From: an uncultured Spirochaetota bacterium
Lineage (GTDB): Bacteria; Spirochaetota; UBA4802; UBA5550
Direction of reading: 5' to 3'
Assembly (NCBI GenBank): GCA_963827275.1
Contig: CAWHAA010000005.1
Coordinates: forward strand, 672,001-736,000
Length of the DNA stretch: 64,000 nucleotides
In this document: positions 10,148-19,425 of the stretch, in pieces
How the letters are laid out: each line of letters begins with the position of its first letter
How positions within the stretch are numbered: the stretch's first letter is position 1
Program-made: the position numbers and the translations under genes
Notes under the pieces: generated by a model
The model's database searches: none
The model's input: the letters and a program-made list of their open reading frames with translations, nothing else
Told to the model about the DNA's origin: nothing

Positions 10148-10828
10148 ATGAAGGACAAAAATAAATTCCTGAAAACCCTGAAAGACGCGGGGATCTCCCA
10201 GGCGGTGATAAACGCCTTTGCCGATGTCGACAGGACGAAATTTTTCGATGCCATCTTCGCCGACCGCACCGCGTCGCCGGAGCCGATCCCCATCGGGGCG
10301 GGGCAAACCAGCGACGACGCCGTGATACTCGCCCGCATGATCGGGCACCTGTCGCTCAGGAAAAAGAGCCGCGTGCTCGAGGTGGGCACCGGCTCCGGAT
10401 ATTCAACCGCGGTGCTGACGCGGCTCGCCCACGAGGTGATCACCATCGAGTACTACGAGGACCTGGCGCGTACGGCCAAGTCACGCGTCATCGGCGAGGG
10501 ATTCTCGGGGGCGCGCTTCTTCGCCGGCGACGCCACCGACTTCGACGGCCCCCTTGGTGAATTCGACGCGGTGCTGGTGACCGCCGCCTGCGCGCGCACC
10601 CCTTACTTCCTCATTAACACCGTCAAGCCCGGCGGGATAGCGGTGTTCCCGATGGGGCCGGCCCACCAGCAGCAGATCACGCGTTTCACCAACAACCCGG
10701 ACGCCCGGATGCCGGGGGACAATTACCGTTTTCACGAGCTCTGCGCCTTCGATTCGATCCGGGGAGTATACGGATGGGTTGACACCGGGGACCTGCCGCC
10801 CGACCACGAGCCGGCCGAACGGCCGTAG
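10148..10828 (+). CDS. pcm: Protein-L-isoaspartate O-methyltransferase-like protein
   Basis: PIGAGQT, VLEVGTGSGY, FDAVLVTAA motifs. Confidence 0.8.
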   Translation: MKDKNKFLKTLKDAGISQAVINAFADVDRTKFFDAIFADRTASPEPIPIGAGQTSDDAVILARMIGHLSLRKKSRVLEVGTGSGYSTAVLTRLAHEVITIEYYEDLARTAKSRVIGEGFSGARFFAGDATDFDGPLGEFDAVLVTAACARTPYFLINTVKPGGIAVFPMGPAHQQQITRFTNNPDARMPGDNYRFHELCAFDSIRGVYGWVDTGDLPPDHEPAERP

Positions 10829-10852
10829 CCATAATTCAAAAGAAGCGCAGCC

Positions 10853-11408
10853 ATGAAACGTTTCGCGACCATTGCCATAGCCATCGTCTTCCTGTCAGCC
10901 GCGGCGTTTGCGGACGCTGACGTGAAGGAAAAGGAAGCCCGCCTGGAAGAAGCGAAGAAAGAATTGCGTGAAGCGAAACGGGCCGGGCGGAGGCTGAAAG
11001 CCGGCGAGGGGAAAGCCCGCATCGAAGAGCACCGCGCGCTCAATAAAGCGGACCGGGAAAAGAAAAAAAACGATCGCGACAGGCAGCGCATGGAAAAGCT
11101 CGGGCAGCGGAGCGCGGTCACAACCGAGCGGCAGGCGCGAAGAAAAGATACGGGTGACAAGAGAAGGACTGGACCTTGCGGCAAAACGCGTAGCGCAGAA
11201 ACAGGCCATGGAAAGCAGAAGAGCGGCCTTTGAAAAGAGGCGCGCGGAAAAAAACGCGATGCGCGAAGAGAGAAACATGGCGAGAAAAAACGAAGCGACA
11301 GCCAAAAAGGCCGCCATGGAGCAAAAGAAAGCGGACCTGGAAAAAAAGAAAGCTGAAGAGGCAACGAAAAAAGCCGAAGCGGCGAAAAATACGACGGAAA
11401 AAAACTGA
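10853..11408 (+). CDS. Secreted Lys/Glu/Arg-rich coiled-coil protein split by one frameshift near 11138
   Basis: Signal peptide in ORF 10853-11233; the charged helical composition continues in the overlapping frame (EEKIRVTREG...NTTEKN) to 11408. Confidence 0.6.
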
Positions 11409-11414
11409 ACGCCG

Positions 11415-12074
11415 ATGGACCTCACCGCGGTATTATTCGATCTTGACGGCACGCTCCTGGATACCCTGGAGGACCTTGCCTCTTCCATGAACGCGGCGCT
11501 TGAAAAAAACGGGTTCCCCCGGCACCCGGTCGATCGATACCGGCACTTTGTCGGCGCCGGAATGCGCGAGCTGGCCCGGCGGGCCCTGCCGCCCGGCACG
11601 GACGAAGGGACCCTGCTGCGGCTGATAAACGGCATGCGCGACGAATACTCGCGCAGGTGGGCAGACGCCACAAAACTTTACCCCGGCGTGAGCGCCATGC
11701 TCGACGCCCTGAGGGGCAAGGGCATCCGCTGTTCGGTACTCTCCAACAAGTCAGACGATTTCACGCTGATGCTCTGCCATCGCTTCCTGGATAAATGGAA
11801 TTTCGAGATACTGCGGGGCGCAACGGAAACGGTCCCGAAAAAGCCCGACCCCACGGCCGCCCTCATGATCGCCGGGAGCATGGGGATCGACCCAGCGCGC
11901 TTCGCGTGTCTGGGCGACACCGGAAGCGATATGGCCATGGCGATCGCCGCCGGCATGTATCCCGCAGGCGCCCTCTGGGGGTTCCGCGACGCCGGGGAGC
12001 TGACCGCGGCAGGCGCCAGGGTGCTGCTGGAGCGGCCGGAGGACTTTCTGGGTCTTTTTGATGTCAAAATTTAG
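11415..12074 (+). CDS. HAD-superfamily phosphatase (phosphoglycolate phosphatase-like)
   Basis: FDLDGTLLDT, LSNK, KKPDP, GDTGSD motifs. Confidence 0.9.
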   Translation: MDLTAVLFDLDGTLLDTLEDLASSMNAALEKNGFPRHPVDRYRHFVGAGMRELARRALPPGTDEGTLLRLINGMRDEYSRRWADATKLYPGVSAMLDALRGKGIRCSVLSNKSDDFTLMLCHRFLDKWNFEILRGATETVPKKPDPTAALMIAGSMGIDPARFACLGDTGSDMAMAIAAGMYPAGALWGFRDAGELTAAGARVLLERPEDFLGLFDVKI

Positions 12075-12235
12075 GGGTCAGAGTAAGGTTTTACCGATAA
12101 CTATCGGTCAATAGGGGGGATCAGAGCAACATTCCACCGATAACTATCGGTCAAGAGGGGGGTCAGAGCAACATTCCACCGATAACTATCGGTCAAGAGG
12201 GGGGTCAGAGCAACATTCCACCGATAACTATCGGC
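12074..12235 (+). repeat. Tandem array of four 42-43 bp units, each with a palindromic core
   Basis: Heads GGGG(A)TCAGAGYAA; cores ACCGATAACTATCGG(T/C) at 12093, 12136, 12178 and 12220; fills the whole gap between two convergent genes. Confidence 0.95.
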
Positions 12236-12236
12236 C

Positions 12237-15200
12237 CTACCCCACCCGACGAACAGAAACAATCGTCACATCATCCATAACTTTCTTTCCCCCGCCGGCA
12301 AACCGCTGAACAAGCTTTTCCCCCGCCTCATCGAGCCCGGTCCCGGGATAGACGGCGGCAAGCGCATCCGCGATCAGCTCAAATTCATCCGCTCCGTCCG
12401 ACTTTGCCGCAGCCAATTCCGCGAGGCCGTCGGTATAGAGGAACAGGGTATCGCCCTGCTTGAATGAATGGGTCTCTTCCTTGTAATTGATCTTATTCGA
12501 AAGCCCGACAATGGGGTTCCGGGGATTGACCACTACCACCTCGCTCCCCTTGAGCAGGAACTGCGCCGGGACTCCTGCCGTAGAGATGATGATTACAGAC
12601 GACGCGAGGTCGATGTCCGCGACAACACCGGTGAACACGAGCTGGGACTGGCCGCCCTGGTGGGTAAAGCGCTGGTTAAGAAAATTAATGATCTCCGCCG
12701 GTGAGCCCAGCGCCCCCTTGACCGCGGCGTATTCCGACAGTATCTTCACCGTGTTCAGCGACGCGTTGATGCCGTGGCCGGTAGCGTCGGCGATGAAGGC
12801 GCGGACCACGCCAGGCCGCAGCTCGAAGATATCATAAACGTCTCCGCCAATATCGAGGAGCGGCCGGTAGAGGACGCCCGTTTCAAAGCCCGCGATAGCT
12901 TCCTGGCGCGTCATGAGCTTCTGCTGGAAAGCCCTGGCGATCAGCAGGTCATCCTGGATGATTTTTTCCCACTCGTGCATCTGTATCGCCGATTCCTTTA
13001 TGTCCATGCTCCGCTGGAAGAGGCCGGTTATGGCGTCCTTCTCCTTGCGGAGCCCGTTGATGACGGATTGTTCCATCTCGAGCATCTGCTTGATGGCGAG
13101 CTGGTTCTCGATGCGCAGCATGAGCTCGTGCCGCTTGAAGGGCTTGGTGATGTAGTCATTGGCCCCGGTCCTGAACCCCCGCGCCATGTGCCCGGCCTGG
13201 TCGAGCGCGGTGAGCATGATGACCGGGATGGCGCTGCCTTTCTCCGACTGGCGCATCTTCTCGCACACCTCGTATCCGCTCATGCCGGGGAGCATGAGGT
13301 CGAGGAGCACCAGGTCGACGTCCCGGCGCTCAATGATGTCCAGCGCGGCGGGGCCGGTCGCGGTCGTGATGAGCCGGTGGCCGCACGACGAACAGAGGTT
13401 TTCAAGGATCTTCAGGCCCACCGGGTCGTCGTCAACCGCGAGGATCGTGGCCTTTGCCACGGAGGGGTTCACCGTGATATTAAATTCGATAGCGTCAGGC
13501 TTCGCCGCTTGAAGGCCGGACACGTCGCCTGCCACTGCACGGCCCCCGTATGTTTTCATGGTGATACCCGCCCCCGGCGGTTCTGACGGAAGCTCGAAGG
13601 TGAACACGCTCCCTGTCCCCTTTTCGCTTTCGGCCCATATCGCGCCCCCGTGGAGCTCCACCAGGTGCTTCGTGATGGCAAGTCCCAGCCCCGTGCCGTC
13701 CGCGGTCCGCTTCTCCGCGGCTTCCGCCTGTGTGAACGGGCTCCAGATCCTGGCCATGTCCTCATCCCCGATGCCGATGCCGGTGTCCGCCACGGACACG
13801 CGCACCCCGCCCTTGTCCGCGGCCCCGGCCTTCACCGTGATGCTCCCCCTCTCGGTGAACTTGATCGCGTTGCCCAGGAGGTTCAGCATCACCTGGTATG
13901 TCCTGTTGCGGTCCGCCTTGATCCTCGGGACCTCGCCGATCTCGGCGGTGAGTGCGATATTCTTTTCCCTCGCCACAGGCTGCATGAGCGAGACCGCGGA
14001 ATTGATGATGTCGCCGAGCGACAGCTCCTCGATGTACAGGTCGGCCCTGCCGGCGCGGAGTTTGCTGAAGTCAAGTATGGAGGTCACGAGGTCATTGAGC
14101 CGTGAAGCGCTGGAGATAATGAGGTCCAGGTTTTCTTTCTGCCTGGCGTTAGTCCCGCCCATGGACCCGTCAGAAAGCGACTCGGCGATGCCGATGATTC
14201 CGTGAAGGGGCGTGCGCAGCTCGTGCGTGGTGGTGGCCAGGAAGTCGTCTTTCATCTGGTCAACAACAAGGAGGTCGGCATGGGCTTTTTCAAGATCGGT
14301 ATGCACCTGCGAAAAACGAACCGCGAGAGTTGATGCGAAAATTATTATCATCACGAAGAAGCCTTCTGAAACAGGGGGATGCAATTTGGTAATTTCCAGA
14401 AATGAAAAAATACTTATCAAATAGGTTAATGACAAGGCAAAAGTTCCTGAAAAAATCCTTAAGGAATATGGCCTGCTTCTCAGTTTCCCCAAAACACATA
14501 TAACATCACCATAAAAAACAACAAGCAAGGCTGATATAATAAATATTTTGAATATATATTTATTATAGAATACGATATGATGTGTAACAACCAGCTCAAT
14601 ACAAATGACAGCAATCAATGAGGATAGGACAGCCTGCATTATATGTGTAAAAATGTTGTATGGTATTTTTAAAAAGGAATGTATAAAATTGATATAACAA
14701 ATGCATATCACGATGGCACAAATATATGTGCTGATTATGTACACAAGATGATTATCAAATATATAAAAATTTAATCCGTGGAATCCAAAAGACCAAAGCC
14801 CAAACGCCAACGACAATAGTGAAAAATGCAGATAATATTTTTCTTTTCTATAAAAATAAAAGAACAAGAAGTATATTGTGATAAATAAATTGACTGCCGT
14901 AAGTATAGTATACCATACAACATGCCGTATAAAATAATTAAATATTAGATTAGATGGTCCAATTTTGATCGGATAGACAAATCCAGATTTATTATCGATT
15001 GTCCCGGTCTTAATTGCCAGGATATTCTCCCCCGATTTCAGTAGTTCATTCGGAATTTTTACTATTGTCGGCTTGCCGATTCGATGCGACAGTTCCTTCT
15101 CATTTCTGAAATCTCTTGATTCATAAAATCTATTGCCGTTCAAATATAACCGGACTCCACAATAATGAAGCGGCATATACAATGATAAATTATTAATTTT

Positions 15201-15485
15201 ATCATCAATTACAAGATTAATACGGAACCAGGCAAAGCCGGTATGATTTCGATATTTCTTAATATCCAGCCAGGATACATGAGGATATTGTAAGTCATAT
15301 TGTTCGGGTTTTATTTTAAGGCTGGAACAATCAGTTTCGCTGTCCGGGATAAAAACCCATTTGTCGTTAAAGCTGTAAATTATTTCTTTGTTAATAAAGA
15401 TGGAAGGTTCATTCGCGAATGCGTGATTGCTGCCAATCAAAAAAAAAATTATATATATTAGAAACTCTTTACGAATGCCGAGCAT
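12237..15485 (-). CDS. Hybrid sensor: extracellular domain, ~7 TM (7TM-DISM-like), HisKA/HATPase, REC and PP2C/SpoIIE phosphatase
   Basis: Signal peptide; GFAWFR...LYLNG...GENILAIK jelly-roll-like domain; hydrophobic helices; THELRTPL, NLLGNAIKFT, DTGIGI, GTGLGL; AVDDD/LLDLMLP/TKPF; IGGDVYD, ADATGHG, YTDGL, DDVTIV. Confidence 0.9.
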   Translation of the reverse strand: MLGIRKEFLIYIIFFLIGSNHAFANEPSIFINKEIIYSFNDKWVFIPDSETDCSSLKIKPEQYDLQYPHVSWLDIKKYRNHTGFAWFRINLVIDDKINNLSLYMPLHYCGVRLYLNGNRFYESRDFRNEKELSHRIGKPTIVKIPNELLKSGENILAIKTGTIDNKSGFVYPIKIGPSNLIFNYFIRHVVWYTILTAVNLFITIYFLFFYFYRKEKYYLHFSLLSLAFGLWSFGFHGLNFYIFDNHLVYIISTYICAIVICICYINFIHSFLKIPYNIFTHIMQAVLSSLIAVICIELVVTHHIVFYNKYIFKIFIISALLVVFYGDVICVLGKLRSRPYSLRIFSGTFALSLTYLISIFSFLEITKLHPPVSEGFFVMIIIFASTLAVRFSQVHTDLEKAHADLLVVDQMKDDFLATTTHELRTPLHGIIGIAESLSDGSMGGTNARQKENLDLIISSASRLNDLVTSILDFSKLRAGRADLYIEELSLGDIINSAVSLMQPVAREKNIALTAEIGEVPRIKADRNRTYQVMLNLLGNAIKFTERGSITVKAGAADKGGVRVSVADTGIGIGDEDMARIWSPFTQAEAAEKRTADGTGLGLAITKHLVELHGGAIWAESEKGTGSVFTFELPSEPPGAGITMKTYGGRAVAGDVSGLQAAKPDAIEFNITVNPSVAKATILAVDDDPVGLKILENLCSSCGHRLITTATGPAALDIIERRDVDLVLLDLMLPGMSGYEVCEKMRQSEKGSAIPVIMLTALDQAGHMARGFRTGANDYITKPFKRHELMLRIENQLAIKQMLEMEQSVINGLRKEKDAITGLFQRSMDIKESAIQMHEWEKIIQDDLLIARAFQQKLMTRQEAIAGFETGVLYRPLLDIGGDVYDIFELRPGVVRAFIADATGHGINASLNTVKILSEYAAVKGALGSPAEIINFLNQRFTHQGGQSQLVFTGVVADIDLASSVIIISTAGVPAQFLLKGSEVVVVNPRNPIVGLSNKINYKEETHSFKQGDTLFLYTDGLAELAAAKSDGADEFELIADALAAVYPGTGLDEAGEKLVQRFAGGGKKVMDDVTIVSVRRVG

Positions 15486-15511
15486 ATGTTTTTCTTGTTG
15501 TAAAATTTTGG

Positions 15512-15736
15512 TTAATATTTAACATTATTATTGATCACATTGTCACTGAAATCTTTGAAATTATCCTTTTTTTCTATAAGCGCCTGACAATCCTGCAGGC
15601 TAACATCATACCCTTTATTTTTAAACCATTGCTGGAGAGTATTTTTATCGGTGCCATCTATTAACAAATCAATTAATTCTTTACCGACCACCTGATCATT
15701 TGCTTTATCAGCTATGAAATCAATGAAATCAGACAT
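15512..15736 (-). CDS. 74-aa peptide resembling Nif11-like leader RiPP precursors
   Basis: GGAGGT RBS before the ATG at 15736; MSDFIDFIADKAND...L..L...LQQWFKNKGYDVSLQDC matches the Nif11-leader pattern by eye; adjacent to radical SAM genes. Confidence 0.65.
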   Translation of the reverse strand: MSDFIDFIADKANDQVVGKELIDLLIDGTDKNTLQQWFKNKGYDVSLQDCQALIEKKDNFKDFSDNVINNNVKY

Positions 15737-15757
15737 ATTTACCTCCAAAATTAAATA

Positions 15758-15785
15758 ATCGTAGCGGGAATACTATAAATGTCAA
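15758..15785 (-). promoter_or_regulatory. Putative sigma70 promoter for the peptide-kinase transcript
   Basis: Minus strand TTGACA-16 nt-TACGAT, 21 nt upstream of the peptide ATG. Confidence 0.5.
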
Positions 15786-15837
15786 TAAAAATATATGCAC
15801 AAAAACAATTTGTAGATCAATAATACTATTGATATCG

Positions 15838-17424
15838 ATGAAAGCAATGTCACATAACAGGATATCCATCGTATCTTTGGGTAATACTCGCAAAGAATAT
15901 CCATTTTTCATGAATTGGCTTTATCTAACAAGCCCGGGAATTCATTATTTAAGAACCGCCCTCGAATTGAATGGTATAAAAGCAGTTCTTATTGATAAAG
16001 TAGACAAAAATCTTACAACAGATGAAATAATCAAAATTTTACAGAATATAAATCCTGAAATAATACTTTTCAACCAGTTTTACTCAACCAGAGAAGAAAT
16101 TAAGCAGATTTGCATATCGTTCCCCAAAAATGCGATTCGCGGTATCGGCGGTCATGATGCCACCTTCCATTCCATGTCGTTATCAGAAAATGAATTTTCC
16201 CGGCAGTATTCCCATGCGGATTTCGTTTGGCAGGGGGAAATTGAAAATGGCTTTGCTTCTTTTATCCGAAATTTTCAAAAAAAGGATAGTCCGGTTTGCG
16301 TCAATAACATCAACAACAGAGTGCAAGATTTGGATGACCTGCCTGTGCTGAAACATGACGATTACATAAGTGAGTTGGCATTTCTGGTCACTTCCCGAGG
16401 ATGCATGTCTGGTGGCTGCGATTTTTGCACCACGCCAAACTTCTATCATGATGGATGGCGGCCAAGGAGTGTCGCGCATGTTTCACATGAATTGCGCAAC
16501 ATAAAAGCATCAGGGCGGTTTCATATAAACATAACCGATGATAATTTCCTCGGCTTGGGCAAAAAAGATCTTATGAGAGGCGTCGATATTATTCGCCGTT
16601 GCAGCGAGGACGGTTTAAAACTTTTTATAATGACCTCCGTAGAGCAGATTGTGAAAGCCGACAGGCTGGACCTTCTACAAGAATTCAAAGGCACTGTTAT
16701 CAAGGTATTTCTCGGCGTTGAGAACTTTAATCCTTCAGCTTTGAGAAAACTAGGGAAGAAGGTTGATCCAGGGAATCATACATATAATAGCCTTCGTGCG
16801 CTGAACGCACTCTATGACAATGGGATATCACCTCATCTTGGCTATATAAATTTCAATCCAGAAACATCATGTGACGAACTTGAGCACAGCGCACATTTTC
16901 TCCATCAGTACAATCATGAAGCGTCGCTATTCAATTATTTTTATACTAAAATGGGGATATTCGAGGGAACAAAACATCACGAGAGATATGCAGGGAGAAA
17001 AGATTCCATCGATTTTTATGATGGAAACTATTCATACGAATTCCATGATCGGAACACGGCAGCTGTGTTCGCACTGCTCACCATGGTGCTTGATCATACA
17101 CGCCTGGTCGATTTTCTCCATTTCGAAGCAACACATTTGCTCTATATGAACCAGCTCACTGGAACCTCGGCCGGGAAAAAATATCTTGAATTGAAAAAAA
17201 GATCAAGTGAACAAAACTACGAGTTTTTTATCAACGTTTTAGAGATCAGCCGCAAGAGAGGGTCTCTGAATGTCATCCTCGATTTAATTGATGATTATAA
17301 AAGAAAGACAAGAAGATTGATCCCGGATTATAAAAAATTAATTCAACAGATCGCTGGCATTTCTTCTTATATTCTCAAGGAGCCGCTTGCATACATGGAT
17401 AAGATCGATGCAAACGAACCATAG
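15838..17424 (+). CDS. B12-binding-domain radical SAM protein
   Basis: N-terminal PGIHYL...IGGHDAT...ADFVWQGEIE cobalamin-binding-type domain; TSRGCMSGGCDFC; ITDDNF; LGVEN; GYINFNPET. Start may be 15847. Confidence 0.88.
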   Translation: MKAMSHNRISIVSLGNTRKEYPFFMNWLYLTSPGIHYLRTALELNGIKAVLIDKVDKNLTTDEIIKILQNINPEIILFNQFYSTREEIKQICISFPKNAIRGIGGHDATFHSMSLSENEFSRQYSHADFVWQGEIENGFASFIRNFQKKDSPVCVNNINNRVQDLDDLPVLKHDDYISELAFLVTSRGCMSGGCDFCTTPNFYHDGWRPRSVAHVSHELRNIKASGRFHINITDDNFLGLGKKDLMRGVDIIRRCSEDGLKLFIMTSVEQIVKADRLDLLQEFKGTVIKVFLGVENFNPSALRKLGKKVDPGNHTYNSLRALNALYDNGISPHLGYINFNPETSCDELEHSAHFLHQYNHEASLFNYFYTKMGIFEGTKHHERYAGRKDSIDFYDGNYSYEFHDRNTAAVFALLTMVLDHTRLVDFLHFEATHLLYMNQLTGTSAGKKYLELKKRSSEQNYEFFINVLEISRKRGSLNVILDLIDDYKRKTRRLIPDYKKLIQQIAGISSYILKEPLAYMDKIDANEP

Positions 17425-17496
17425 CAATAAGAGAGTTTTCAAGCCGTTATAAATCAATTGATATTTGATTATATTATTCTAAAACGGAAAAGATAT

Positions 17497-18324
17497 ATGA
17501 AAAAATCGATGCAATACTATGAAGATAATTACGAAGATTATTTTAATGGTTGGTCAAAAGATCACATCCATTATGGATTCTGGTTTGATGATACCGGGTC
17601 CCATGAAGAATCACTTGAGAACCATACCCGAGAAGTGATAAAGCATTTGAATATCCAACCGGGAAACCGTGTTTTAGATGCAGGGTGCGGCTCAGGTGGT
17701 TCCAGCAGATATATTGTTGAAAACTTTGCGGTAGAAACTGTTGGGGTAATGCTCTCGCCGACACTCCTCAAGGCGGCCACTGAATTGTCAAAAAACCTCC
17801 CGAACAGTCACATGCTGAGGTTTTATAATCAAGATTACACAAATTCTGACTTTCAAGATGCATCTTTTGACCGCATATTTTCGATTGAAAGCGTATGCCA
17901 GGAACCGGCAAAAGATAAATTTATTTCAGAAGCATACCGCCTGCTGCGTCCTCAAGGCCGTCTGGTGGTCGCCGATTTCTTTCTTCTTCGAAACAACTTG
18001 AATGAAAAAGAATTACGCAGTTACCGGGAATGGTGCAATGGATGGTTCATTCCCGATCTTGCAACAACGGATGAATTCCGTGAAATGCTTACACGGCAGG
18101 GGTTTGTAAATATTGAATATCATGACAAGACAAATCTCCTGAAAAAAAGCGGCAAAATGATGCATGATGCGGCAAAAGAACGACTCCCGGAAGTATATCT
18201 TCAGTATAATCGCGGAAATCTGCCGCAATCCAGGCTTGCGCATGTCATTGCCACATACCGGCAATGGGAATGCATCGAGTGGAAAATATGGTGCTTTGGC
18301 ATGTTTGTGGCGGATAAATTATAA
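17497..18324 (+). CDS. Class I SAM-dependent methyltransferase (tocopherol/sterol/RebM-like)
   Basis: HIHYGFW, VLDAGCGSGG, FDRIFSIES, LRPQGRLVVAD. Confidence 0.88.
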   Translation: MKKSMQYYEDNYEDYFNGWSKDHIHYGFWFDDTGSHEESLENHTREVIKHLNIQPGNRVLDAGCGSGGSSRYIVENFAVETVGVMLSPTLLKAATELSKNLPNSHMLRFYNQDYTNSDFQDASFDRIFSIESVCQEPAKDKFISEAYRLLRPQGRLVVADFFLLRNNLNEKELRSYREWCNGWFIPDLATTDEFREMLTRQGFVNIEYHDKTNLLKKSGKMMHDAAKERLPEVYLQYNRGNLPQSRLAHVIATYRQWECIEWKIWCFGMFVADKL

Positions 18325-18443
18325 CTCTTCCGCTTAGTTTCTGACAAGACAGAGTCAACTCTAATAACACGATTTTAGCTTGACGATGCTGCTGGCATCT
18401 ATATGCTCCTATTGATAATCGCTGATCTTTTTCAACAGCAATC

Positions 18444-19424
18444 ATGAGTATTAAAACACAAATCTTCCAAACATGCTCGTCCATTAGATTCGACACCGTG
18501 CCGATAGTCGATACCGACATGTATCGCAGCCTGAACGAACAGCTTATGCTGTTATGCCGCTCCCTTCCCCGGAGCATGCAGGCGGAGGCAATGATGTTCC
18601 TGATGGAATATTTCCGGCTCCAGGTGGGGGAGCCCCTCGACTTCTTCAGGCACTATTACGCGCCCGCCTGGTCCGCGTTATACTGGATTGCGGGAGCTCC
18701 CCGCTCCGCCGCGGGCTTTTCCGATACTGACCTGGATGCCGCGCTCTGCGGCCAGGCCATGGCCATGCTGCTCCATTCCCTTGACGACCATCTGGTGGAC
18801 GGGGGCATCCCCGTGTCGCACCTCGCGCTCCTGGTGCGGTCGCAAGCATGGCGCCGCATGAGCGGGGCCACTGACCGCTTCTGCGCCGGCCTCGCGGGCG
18901 GGAGCGACATCGCCGCGGCCCTCATCGACAATTATTACAGCGGCATAACAGAGCGCGATGCGCCGTCATCGCTCGACGCCTACTGCGACCTCTTTCGCCG
19001 GCAGATGGCCACCTGGGTGGTCATGCCGGTCCTGGCCGCGCTGAAGACCGGCGGCGATGACGCGTTCGTCGCGGGGGTGCGGAGCGCGTACGAGTCCTTC
19101 GGCATCGCCTGGCGGCTCCTCGACGACCTCCAGGACCTGGAATCGGACATGGCTGACGGCACCAGGAGCGCCGTGTATGTCTGCATGGACGACAACGGCC
19201 GCCGCCTGTGGGACTCGGTCAGAGCGGGCGGAAAGCGATCAGCGGGCACAACAGCGGACAGGCTATGCGCGCAGATACAGGGCGCATCAATCACTGAAAC
19301 AATCGCCCGCCGGATTGTGGGCGAGCTCGACAATGCCTCGTCCATTGCCGACCGGCTGGAACTGCCCGGCCTCGCCGGTGAATTCAGGGCCCTCGCAGGG
19401 CCGATAGCTGAACGGCAGGCCTGA
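18444..19424 (+). CDS. Class I isoprenoid-synthase-fold protein (polyprenyl synthase/ComQ-like prenyltransferase)
   Basis: Two Asp-rich motifs, LHSLDDHLVD and FGIAWRLLDDLQDLESD, in a helical-looking sequence. Confidence 0.75.
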   Translation: MSIKTQIFQTCSSIRFDTVPIVDTDMYRSLNEQLMLLCRSLPRSMQAEAMMFLMEYFRLQVGEPLDFFRHYYAPAWSALYWIAGAPRSAAGFSDTDLDAALCGQAMAMLLHSLDDHLVDGGIPVSHLALLVRSQAWRRMSGATDRFCAGLAGGSDIAAALIDNYYSGITERDAPSSLDAYCDLFRRQMATWVVMPVLAALKTGGDDAFVAGVRSAYESFGIAWRLLDDLQDLESDMADGTRSAVYVCMDDNGRRLWDSVRAGGKRSAGTTADRLCAQIQGASITETIARRIVGELDNASSIADRLELPGLAGEFRALAGPIAERQA

Positions 19425-19425
19425 C

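Noticed and set aside
12074..12235. Repeat arrays (here and 20418-20615) as CRISPR arrays
   Set aside because: Variable segments are only ~5-12 nt and mostly identical in the left array, so there are no spacer-length unique sequences; no cas genes in the window.
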